Source: Octopus sinensis
Lineage: Eukaryota
NCBI RefSeq assembly: GCF_006345805.1
Contig: NC_043004.1
Coordinates: 43,152,001 to 43,216,000, forward strand
Direction: 5' to 3'
DNA: 64,000 nucleotides
Shown here: in pieces, positions 40,577-53,235 of the stretch
Layout: each line of letters opens with the position of its first letter
Position numbering within the stretch: the first letter of the stretch is position 1
Program-made: the position numbers and the translations under genes
The notes under the pieces: generated by a model
Seen by the model: the letters and a program-made list of their open reading frames with translations, nothing else
Database searches by the model: none
Told to the model about the DNA's origin: nothing

Positions 40577-41789
40577 TCTGTAAAATAAATATATTCAAAC
40601 CCATTCTGCATGGTTGTAGTCAAAATAATTGAAACAAGTAAAAGAATAAGAGTAAAAGAATTATCCTTAATATCATTTTACGCTTGTAAATACATTTCCG
40701 ACGGTCATTTGCATACAAATAAGAAGCTTGTGTTTTATGTCAGTTGTACACTATTTCTAATAATAAGCAAATTATATATTCATGACCTTAGTAAAAATGC
40801 CATAATATACAAATCTTACATTTCTCCGAATATGTCTTACACATCAAGAAATAAGAAGCAAAATCTATTTTTCTATATGCAGTTAATTAAAAACTGGAGG
40901 ACAGTTTATAGCAAGATTAAGTTCTTTTATGTGATTCGTAATATAAGAGATCGCATTCATAATTTGGGAACTTTTTCGAAGTAGCAATATAATATTTGCT
41001 TGTATCAAAATCTGCATTAAGCAGGTCACATGAAACGACAGAATGATACTTAAAATATCAAACTATCAAATGGTTCCTTTTCAGCCGCAGGAGAACAAAC
41101 TATAAAATACATAAAAGGGCTTTAGAAATCTGTATATTCACTATTCATGCCTCATTTACTCCAAAGAAAAATGTGATTAGGTGAACGAATATAAAATAGA
41201 GGTCGTCATTTTCTTATTACCTTGGCTTAATGCCATTGTTCTATACTCAAGAGCTGCTCACTTGGAACGATGCTCCCTTGCAGAGGTAAAATGCTTTCGT
41301 AGCAAGATAACTTAATTTTACTTCAGAATTGGCTAAGATTTCAGTAGACTGTTGACACATTTTCTCTTAGTTCTGTTTATCCGAGTTTATTTTCGAAGGT
41401 TCGAAAATATATCGCTATTAGCTACAAGGGTGATATATTTATTCTCGTTTAACTGTAGGGTTCTAGGAATAAAATAATGAGATATACTTTGGGGAAGAGA
41501 AAGTTCCAGATAAACATAATTTGCAAAATCGGGTACAAAGTTTCCAGCAGCATGTTTTTAATATATTATTATTATTCTATTTATTATCTCAGATATTCAA
41601 AGAGAGTAGATTGAAGCTGAATGGACACCTACTACTAGACAATGTAAAAGAAATTTGTCAGGTACGTAAGACAACAACATGAAATGAAATTGCAGCAAGG
41701 CTTGAGAGATTAATTCAAATACCATGCCAAAACGCAAATTATATCTAACTTTAGGTTTCCCTCTCTCTTGCTCAATATATATTCTTTCT

Positions 41790-41992
41790 TTTATTTGTTT
41801 CATTTGAATCCGGCGATGCTGGAGCAACGCATTGACGGGTTTTAGTACTTATCTCTTTTTGAAGCCTGCTATTTATTGTGTTTGACGCTTTTTCCCGAAC
41901 CACTAAGTTAAGAAGAGGTAAGCACACCAACACAGGCTGTTAGGAAGCGTTGTGGTGGGGGGACAAACAGACACAAACACGCACAACCTACG

Positions 41993-41995
<3 letters not shown>
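41790..41995 (-). mobile_element. Old variant of the SINE family A tail half
   Basis: catttgaatccggcgatgctggagcaacgc..ccgaaccactaagtt..gggggacaaacagacac. Confidence 0.55.
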
Positions 41996-42028
<33 letters not shown>

Positions 42029-42105
42029 ATGTGTGTGTGACCGCGTGTGTACCGTTGGCGATTTTTCCCTCTGGCTTCCCTTCTCTGGATCTTTCCTTCT
42101 CCTAT

Positions 42106-42140
42106 GTTTCCGAAGAAGAGCTCCGCTCGAAATGCTAAAT
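42106..42140 (+). ncRNA. Decayed minimal hammerhead-like motif (CCGAAGA core)
   Basis: gttt CCGAAGA a gagc-tcc-gctc GAAA tgct aaat; stem III/cleavage triplet appears mutated from ACGT. Confidence 0.4.
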
Positions 42141-42249
42141 CCTCCTTCTTTCCTTCTTTCCTGAGCGTCCAATAATACTATATTTCTTCCACGTCCTCGC
42201 GTTGTTGTGTTTTTTGTGATCTCATGTTTGTATTAACTATACTATATAT

Positions 42250-42319
<70 letters not shown>

Positions 42320-42644
42320 TGGTACAACGAAGTACCGATATTTACTGGAAAATAGCGATCGTAATAGATACGACGCTATTGTATATATACTAGCATATAT
42401 ACTAGCAAAGACGTGTGTGTGTGCAATAAGCATGAAAAAAAATTGTTTTACCTCTAGGAAGAACATCTGAAAAATGAAAAACCTAGAAACGGATAATGCA
42501 GGACCGGTTCCAGACTCTTCAAATACGTATGACAACGTAGATCTTATTTCTCCTAATCAGCTGCATATACCTAGAAAAAATTTCAAATTTACCCTTACGG
42601 GCTATCTTTTACTGCAAAGCAATACTATTTTCATTATATATATA

Positions 42645-42696
<52 letters not shown>

Positions 42697-43021
42697 TATA
42701 TATATAAGATGTCGATTAGCGGAAAACTGAGACAACAGCAAACACCCAAGAAAAACAAAATGACTTTTGTGAGTTACATACAGTAACAGTTTGAAGAAAG
42801 AAGCTATTGGAATGAAAATGACTCACAGGAAACTAAACAGAGAAACCAGTTGTTACATGAGAAGAGAAGCTAGTTACATGTTTAAGGTTACTAGGCCAGT
42901 ATATCCATCAGAGTCATTAACATGCAGATAATATAGAAAAGACATGACAAAGGTGCATACATATACATTCAAAAACACATATACGTAGCTGTGTATGTAT
43001 ATTCTGTAATACTTTTAAACA

Positions 43022-43441
43022 GAAGGATTGGCTGTGTGGTAAGTAGCTTGCTAACCAACCACATGGTTCCGGGTTCAATCCCACTGCGTGGCATCTTCGG
43101 CAAGTGTCTTCTGCTATAGCCCCGGGCTGACCAATGCCTTGTGAGTGGATTTGGTAGACGGAAACTGAAAGAAGCCTGTCGTATATATGTATATATATAT
43201 ATATATAAGTGTGTGAGTATATGTTTGTGTGTCTGTGTTTGTCCCCCTAGCATTGCTTGACAACCGATGCTGGTGTGTTTACGTCCCCGTCACTTAGCGG
43301 TTCGGCAAAAGAGACCGATAGAATAAGTACTAGGCTTACAAAGAATAAGTCCTGGGGTCGATTTGCTCGACTAAAGGCGGTGCTCCAGCATGGCCGCAGT
43401 CAAATGACTGAAACAAGTAAAAGAGTAAAAGAAAAAGAGTA
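43022..43441 (+). mobile_element. SINE family A, full length
   Basis: Head ggattggctgtgtggtaagtagc..ggttcaatccc; tail aaacaagtaaaagagtaaaagaaaaagagta. Confidence 0.9.
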
Positions 43442-44269
43442 AGCATCACGGATAATGTACTTTCTCTTAAAAATACAAAATTTATCAACTTTTACAACAA
43501 CGAGAAGAAATTCGACAACTTTGTGAAAGCAATACATTAATCTGTTTCCTATGTATCAGACTATTTGATCATCAGTACAATTATGCTGACGAAATAAATA
43601 ATTCATTCTCTTTGCGATTACGAGTGTTACTGTTACTTTTTATTACCTAATTATAGCTTATACATAGCCGCAAACTACACAACAGTGCAACATATTGCAT
43701 CCATTACTACGCATGGAAATAAATCAAGTAGACATCATTGATTATTTACTCAGTATCATATAATATATCTAAGTAATATTTGATAAATGAATATTTATAA
43801 TCAAAATTTTAAAAATTTACGACACATCACCATTAATAATTTATTTGCTGATTTTTTTACACCACACCTACAAATCATGGAGCAATTACGAGTGTGTTAA
43901 TTTGTATATCGATAATTGTTTCTTTATAGAATTAAATGTATTCAACAAAGAAATATATTTCGAAATAGTCCAAAATTTTAAAATTCAAATGAAAAATATA
44001 TAATGAAATATTCTGGGCTGTAACTTCATTCAAATTTTTCTTGAACATAATTTCTTAAAACATGACCAGAGAAAGAGAATGTGACGATGCAATATAATTA
44101 CCCAGTCCAAATATCAAGTGGATTCTATTACTTAAATACATGGAGGCGGCATTATAGTCTTTTAAAAATAATTCTAATAGTATACGGTTCATTGAGTGCA
44201 GCAGCCGCGCGATATGCTTATATACATTTAATGTAGGTTAACAGTTTACATATTTCAATTACAGTGATA

Positions 44270-44689
44270 TACTCTCTTTTACTCTTTTACTTGTTTCAGT
44301 CATGTGACTGTGACCATGCTGGTACACCGCCTTTAGTCGAGCAAATCGACCCCAGGACTTATCTGTAAGCCTAGTACTTATTCTATCGGTCTCTCATGCC
44401 GAACCGCTAAGTTACGGGGATGTAAACACACCAGCATCGATTGTCAAGCGATGTTGGGTGGAGGACAAACACAGATACTCAAACACACACACACACATAT
44501 ATATATGTATATATATAGATATATATATATACGACGAGCTTCTTTCATTTTCCGTCTACCAAATCCACTCACAAGGCTTTGGTCGGCCCGATGCTATAGT
44601 AAAATACACTTGCCCAAGGTGCCACGTAGTGAGACTGAACCCAGAACCCTGTGGTTGGTAAGCAAGCTACTTACCACACAGCCACTCCT
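44270..44689 (-). mobile_element. SINE family A
   Basis: Matches the family A consensus along its length. Confidence 0.88.
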
Positions 44690-45996
44690 AAGCTTATGTC
44701 GATGAAAGGTCGATGTGATACATGAAATTTGTATTATATCACTTTTAACAGTACTTGTTCACTGAGAAGACCAGTTCTCTTTCTACGATCAACATAGTTC
44801 ATTTCCCTTTTTGTTTATCCGTCCTTTATTTTCTTGGTTGGAAGACTGCTGATAGCGTATTAGTTATTTACCGAACTGATTATCACTGAAATGTACATAT
44901 CAAAAGTGTCCTTCTGTCATTCTGAGGCAAATTTACGGAAAACCAATTGACAATACTCAGAAAACGATATATACTGCCCTTCTATATTCGCGTAACGTCT
45001 TAGAATTTGCAATAAAACTGTAGGTTTATGCAAGAAACCTCACACACTCACACAGAAACACGCACATACTGAGAAATCGAAAGACAGAGTAATGTAGAGA
45101 CATAGCTATGTAATTCTATATCTACTTATAAATTTAAATAATAATTCTGTATTTATTCATTCGCCAACCTGTATATCTCTAACGTTACATCTAGAATGAC
45201 ACTGTTAAATAAGCAATCAAAATAAATGAGGATATATATGATGTAATATGTTACAGTTATAATCATGTTTTCTGCTATACAATAGATGCCTCGCATCATT
45301 ACAAATGTTATCTATACTGACAATTCATAAACTTTTAACAATTAAAATATACATGTATGTCAAAACGAAAATTTTGATTTATATTTTTCGGGGTAGTCAA
45401 CGATATATATCTTCAATTGAATTAACATCTATAATAATAGAAGCTTACACATGTAAGCAACCAAAATTATGAGAATTCAAAACAAATGCGAGATTATGTT
45501 TAGATAATTACTTATGTATTTCGATACAGCATGCACATTATGGTTGACCTATAAGTAGTCGATATATAATTGCTTAGGGAAAAGATCACACGAGGAATGA
45601 ACGTAATTGCATTGAATTTTAATCATATAAATGTGTATAGTTTGATTAACACTTGTTATTAATGTTAACTTATGCACATGAAGAAAATCAATAAAAACGA
45701 AACACCTAATTATGCATTATTATTGTTAAGAAACTAATACAAGTTCAGTCAATCGGAAATTCTTATACAATAGTGGCAGTATGATACAATGGAATATGAA
45801 ACATAATTCAAATCATCTGAGTTATATGCAATAATATTTAGGAATTAAGACTTTGAGTATGACATTTGAGAAAAAAATGTGTTTATAGATCTGTTAAAAA
45901 ATCCAATGCATAAATGAATATATTACTAGAAAGTTATAAATATATATCTCTATCTTCCTTTCTTTCTCTCTCTCAATATGTCTCCACACAGTTGCA

Positions 45997-46067
<71 letters not shown>

Positions 46068-46077
<10 letters not shown>

Positions 46078-47316
46078 GTTGTACAACATAATGGAACCAC
46101 TTTAAAATTCCAAACAAATTTATTTTAATAAGGGGCAGGACCGGCTTTGGCAGAAATTACAGCTTGAATTCTACAAGACATGAACTCGTATAAAGTTTGA
46201 ATTTTTCCAAATGAGTCTTTGTCTATTCTTCTGTTAAAATAGTCTCCAGTTCCTGTAGTGATGATGGTGGAGGATATCGAATCCTTTATTGTTTTTTTTC
46301 TAAAATGCACCATAGATGTTGAATAATATTGAGATCTGGGGACTGTGGTGGCCAGATAAGATGTTCAACTTCACTAGAATGATCTGTGTGCCATTCAGTG
46401 ACAAATTTAACTGTGTGAATTGGTGCATTATCATCCTGAAAGATTGCGTTCCATTACGGAAACAATTCCGCAACCATAGGATGTATTTCATCAGATAAAA
46501 TACTTAAATAGTCTTTACTATTAATTCTGTCATGAAAGGAAATATTTGGGCCGGCGGATTTCCAAGATATAGTCCACCACCTACTAGATCATTACATATC
46601 CTCCTCCATGTTTAACAGATGGAAAAAAGCTGTCTGGGTCAAATGCTTCTTTTTGCTGTCTCCACACGTATACTCGGCCGGTGGTCGGAAATAAGGTAAA
46701 AGTTGACTCGACCGAGAAAATAATATTCTTCCACTGCTCTAGGGACCAATTCTGCTGGTGCTTACTCCACTCTAATTCTTTGCAATGTTTGCTTTTGAAA
46801 GTAGTGGTTTTCTGATTGCAGCCATCCCGTGAAATCTGTATTTATGAGTTTCTCGGTGAACAGGTTTTTTGGAAACTGTACTTTTGTGATCCATTCTTAA
46901 AAATTCACGTAAGAGCCCGATGGCCCCAATCTGAAAGTTTTGGTTTTCTTCTCGAGTTTTGTTCCGAAGAGGAAGTTTTCCCCTCTTTCTCAAAGGGTGT
47001 CAATAATTCCGAGACAGCACTTCTAGATGTACCAAATATTTTGGTTGTTTCCCTTACACTAGCGCCTACCAAACGAGCACCAACAATTTGACCACTTTGA
47101 AAGACCGATAGATCCATCATTTTAATTTATTTTAATTTCCCTTTTCTGATGATATATGAAAACAAACAACAAATATAGCAAAACATATTAAGCAAAACTA
47201 ATAATAAATCGAAAAAAAACATAAAAATAAAAACGCCTTTAGGTGTTTTATAGATATTTCAAAATAATGATGCTATGATTCTAGGTGTTTCCATTATTTT
47301 GTCCAACCTCTCTCTG
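46068..47316 (-). mobile_element. Tc1-like transposon fossil with DD36E-type spacing
   Basis: TIR cagagagaggttggacaaaataatggaaacacct (47316 end, TA at 47317-18); other TIR merges into (GA)n near 46068. Pieces MDLSVFQSGQIVGARL, FQDDNAPIH, WPPQSPDLNIIQHLW, RIQAVISAKAGPAPY. Confidence 0.88.
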
Positions 47317-47326
47317 TATGTGTATA

Positions 47327-47366
<40 letters not shown>

Positions 47367-47415
47367 GTGAATACATATATATGTGTATATGTATATATAT
47401 ATATATATATAATAT

Positions 47416-47453
<38 letters not shown>

Positions 47454-48496
47454 ATCAATATCTATAAAGCTGAAATGCGAAAAAGTTGTTTGATTTCTTG
47501 TTTATTTGTCTCATTTTGGGATGGGAATTGTTTAAGGTGAGGGTAGTGGGGTCAGATTGGCGCAAACATTTACACTGGGGGTCAAATGTGGTGGGAAATG
47601 GTGTGAGAAGGGCTGCAGGTCGCTCGAGGCAACCGTTTGTTTGCCATGATGAAGAATATGGGGAAAGTTGTGTTTTATGGGATAAACAGGTTGCGCTGTT
47701 TGCATAATGGTGGGTTTTCGTGTTGCTGCAGGGGCTAGAGGCGGTTATCTTTCATCTAATCTATAAAATGAAGAAGGCAAACGTTGATAAAATTGGATTT
47801 TTATGTAAAAAAGGGGCCAAAATAGGGCTGGAAGGGGATTCAAATTTACAGGAGTGGGTAACTTGAAGTGAGAGGTTGTTTGGGAGACGTTTTGGGGCGC
47901 TACATTAGTTGCTTTGTTGGGAAACGGGGATTTTATTCACTTTTCGCGACACTTGGGGGTCTAGATCGGACACCTTTTGCCCGATTAAAATTTTCAACAT
48001 GGTAAAGTAAAAGCGGATTTGTAATTTAAGCGCGGAAAATGGGTTCGAAAATTCGAAAATTAAGGCAAGATTTTTGAAATTGAAAAAATTTCTCATTTTT
48101 AAGTATTTTTGCCTTTTATTTTTTATATTGTTTACACTTTTCATTTTGTTTCTCAAAGAAATTTACAGCTGCATGTAGCCCATGTTTAGAACTTTCATTT
48201 GCATGGTCAATCATTGAAAACCTCCCAAAATAAGTACTAAATTTAATAAATCTTTTTTCCTTGCTTTTAATCGCTCCAATAGTGGCAGAAATAAAGCAGG
48301 CCTAAAATATTTATTGCCGCTCAATGTGCTGCATGGAAAAGATAGATACCAAAAACGTGATTGGCATCAATAAATAATCATTTCGTTTTTTAGTCATTTA
48401 AGATCTCATGCAAGGAAAGAACAATGTTAGATACGAGAAGTGATAAAGCACTGCAAGGAGCAGTCAGCCATCGAATGCATGTATTGTATGTAGATA

Positions 48497-48538
<42 letters not shown>

Positions 48539-48948
48539 TCGTTTGTGTTTGTGTATGTATGTATGTGTAATCTGAAATTTAAAAAAATGCAAAAGGTAAA
48601 ATAAATGTTATGAAATACGTAATATATTTTACTTTTGTCAATATATAATCTTACTACTCTCCTGTACTCGAATCAAGCTTGGTTCAATGTTAACAAGAAA
48701 CATTGAAGACAAATATGTGTATATGTATGTAATTCTAATTAATTATTGGCAGAAGCAGCAAAGCTTTGGCACTTATTAAATAAGTATACCTGTACGTATG
48801 CTTGTACATATATATATATATATTATATATATATATATATATGTATATATATTTATATATTCATATATGTGTGCAGGCGTGTGTATATGAAAACAAAGGA
48901 AATCACACATACACTGAAACACAAAGAAACACACACACTGATATATAT

Positions 48949-49022
<74 letters not shown>

Positions 49023-49685
49023 AGATTTACTAATTGAAAACATAACTACAGGGGATAAATGTATAAGTAAATTACTGTATACATTTTGTTACCTATAGTA
49101 ACGTTACATATATTTCAATTTACATTTGCTGCAATTTCTAGAATTAATTAACTTTAATTATTTAATTCTCGATAGTTCGGTGAATGCCAAAGATTTTCTA
49201 AAACTATATTACTTAATCAGTTTTCGCTTAATTACTTCGAGCGAAATGTATGTTCTTTATCAGAGACAAATATAGGAACCCATATATGGACTATTAGTCC
49301 AAATACAAATTTAGTACATTGTTACTTACATTTCAAGTACACATTTTATGTTATCATTAAGCTAAAGATTTTTAAAGTATTATTTTGCATTTGAGTAATA
49401 ATATGATTTGATCAGTGCCGTATTACAAGGAAATATATATATTAACGATTAATGTTTATTTAGCCTGATATAAAAATTATGTTCTGGGGGACTTGTATGC
49501 ACATATAATTAAACACTTGCAGAGAACAGAAAACTAAACACTTGCAATTTTCCGAAGAGTAGGCGGATTACTTTACGCGCACGCGTGCAGACATGCACAC
49601 GCATACACGAAACACACACACATTATATGTATATAATTATATATAGATTTATAATAATAATATAATAATAATAATAATAATAATA

Positions 49686-49733
<48 letters not shown>

Positions 49734-49735
<2 letters not shown>

Positions 49736-51955
49736 GCATACTAGCAGAGCCAGAGACAATGCCTGAATGGCTCACGAAGGGGAAAACCATCTTAATTCCC
49801 AAATCAAATGAAACAACAAAACCAGAAAACTACAGACCAATAACCTGCCTCCCTACTATGTTCAAGGCATTTACTGCAGTGATATCGCAAAGGCTGAACA
49901 AGCACCTGGACGAAAACAAACTGTTCCCAGAAGAGCAGAAAGGATGCCGCAAGGGCTCATATGGCTGTAAAGATCAACTAATGATTAATAAAGCCGTAAC
50001 TGAAGACAGCCACAGAAAGAAGAAAGGCCTCAGTATGGCCTGGATTGACTACAAAAAGGCGTCTGATAGCATCCCCACACATGGATTCTCGAAACGCTAG
50101 CCATTAACAAAGTAGCACCAACAATCATAAAATTCATAGAGCACTCTATGAATAAATGGCAAACAGTCCTACACCTCCAAACAAAAGAGGGACTCATGAA
50201 AAGCAAAGACATCCCCATCAGGAGAGGAATATTCCAGAGAGACACGCTCTCTCCACTCCTTTTCTGCTTGCACTGTCACCTCTATCTGATATGCTAAATA
50301 GAACTGGATGCGGATATAAATGTTACGGCAAAACGATCAGCCACATTTTATATATGGATGACCTAAAACTATACGCTGCAAATGACAAACAGCTGGAAAC
50401 ACTATTAAAGACAGTTCATGGATTTACCAAAGAAATAGATATGAAATTTCGATTAGAAAAATGCGCCAAAGTAACCATGAAAAGAGGAAAACTAGTTAAG
50501 AGTAACAACATCACACTAGATAAAACCAATAAAATAAAAGAATTAGACAAAAGCCAAACTTACAAATACTTAGGAATCCATGAACTAGATAAGACACAAC
50601 ACACACAAATGAAAGAGAAAATAAAAAAAGAATATTATAGACGAGTTAGATCAATACTAAACACAGAGCTCAATGCTAAAAACAAGATAGCTGTCCCAGT
50701 TATAGGTTACAGCTACGATATCCTTAACTGGACACGAAATGAACTGTCCAAAATAGATAGGAAAACAAGAAAAATACTGACAGGATCTAGGATGCATCAC
50801 CCAAAATCTGACATAGAAAGACTATATATACAACGTATAGAAGGTGGTAGAGGCCTTATACAGCTGGAAAACTACTATAAAATAACCACCATAGGACTGC
50901 AAAAATATCTACTTCAGAAGGAAGGAAAACTGATCCAGATAGCAGTATTTAAGGAAGCTGACAAATACGAACAAGAAATCATACCACCTAATAAACACAA
51001 AGAAGAAGAAGAAGATGATGAAGAAACAACAAAAGCTATAAAACAAATGAAATCCAAACTAAAAATAGAACAGCAACGAGCCATGATAAAACGATGGCAA
51101 GAAAAGCCCCTTCATGGTAAATACTGCACTAAACTAAACGCAAAAGAAATAGACAAAGAAAAATCCCAGCAATGGTTGAGAAGCTCAGGACTCAAAGCAG
51201 AAACAGAGGGATTTTTAATTGCAGCACAAGACCAAAGCCTCCCCACCAGAAATTACCAAAAACATGTAATGAAAAGAAATATCACAAGTAACTGCAGAAT
51301 ATGTGGAGATGGACAAGAAACAATAAATCATATTATCTCTAGCTGCCCAGTCCTGGCTAAGAAGGAATATATTCACAGACATGACAGAGTTGGAACCTAC
51401 ATACATTGGAAGCTATGCCAACATTATGGAATAACAACAGAAAAAAGATGGTATAGGCACACACCAGAAAAGGTCACAGAAAACGAGAAAGCAACCATAC
51501 TCTGGGATATGCCGATACACACAGATAGAGAAATTAAGGCGAACAGACCAGATATAGTTGTCAGAGATCATGAAGAAAAAAATGCTTTCTAATTGATGTA
51601 TCAATACCGGCAGATGAAAACCTGTCTCTAAAAGAAATGGAGAAACTCTCAAAATACAAAGACCTGGAAATAGAGGTAACTAGAACGTGGAACCTGAAAA
51701 CAGAAACAATTCCTATCATAGTAGGTGCATTAGGCATGATAAAAAAATATTCAGACAAATACATAACAAAAACACCAGGACTTACAAACACATATAACAT
51801 ACAGAAAATTGCACTACTAGGCACTGCACACATCCTACGCAGAACACTTTCCATACAATAACCATCAGAGCATCACAACAAATCACAGCACATACCCAAG
51901 GCACACAGAGCTGCGCTCGGTAGTGAAGTGAAAGCACACTATAAAAATAAAACTA

Positions 51956-51958
<3 letters not shown>
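49734..51958 (+). mobile_element. 5'-truncated R4/Dong-like non-LTR retrotransposon (RT + CCHC + restriction-like endonuclease)
   Basis: EQKGCRKGS, WIDYKKA, GIFQ..LSPLLF, YMDDLKLY; C-x2-C-x8-H-x4-C (CRICGDGQETINHIISSC); RHD; RPDIVV..LIDVSIP. Several frameshifts; (TAA)n on both sides. Confidence 0.92.
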
Positions 51959-52007
<49 letters not shown>

Positions 52008-52214
52008 TTACAGAGATGTACACGCATAGCAAGTGATTTGATCAGAGATCGTGTGCTGAAACGAAAACAATTGCAGCGTTGAAGGTGTTTGTAAGCCATT
52101 TAAGAAACACACGAAAGCTGTTCGATTCACTTCAAAATTTAAGTTTAATTTGTCAAAATATTTTCGTCGCTAAAATCCGTGACCTGTTCACTGACAAAAA
52201 TCCGTGCTGCATCT

Positions 52215-52885
<671 letters not shown>

Positions 52886-53050
52886 TCAGGAGAAAATTCT
52901 TACTGGGCCCCACCTGCAAGGTCATGTGCTGTTTATCTTGATATGAGATCACCATGTCGCGCACATATGGTTGTGATGCATGTGCCTGGTGTATCCGTAT
53001 CAGACAGGTAGTCATGATGGGTATACTGGGCTTCGTATATTTTACCCCAG

Positions 53051-53235
53051 TTCAACTCCATTTATTTACTTATACTATACAGATTACTGCACATGCACAT
53101 TAACCCGGAGTTTCTACTTTGAATAGGTCGTTACATCCGTGTTACTTGCGTGAATGTTGCTACCCTGGTAACTGTTTATTTAATTTTCCATGTTAAGGGT
53201 AAACAAAGGATAATTCATTCATCCATATATACATA
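53051..53235 (+). mobile_element. Isolated PLE-family 3' tail directly upstream of the PLE ORF
   Basis: aactccattt..gagtttctacttt..ttacttgcgtga..gctaccctggtaact aligns with 7082-7245; ends in a short TA-like run. Confidence 0.6.

Noticed and set aside
47460-48300. Possible Helitron-like non-autonomous element starting tctataaagctgaa
   Set aside because: I could not identify a 3' hairpin plus CTRR end or a second copy in the window.
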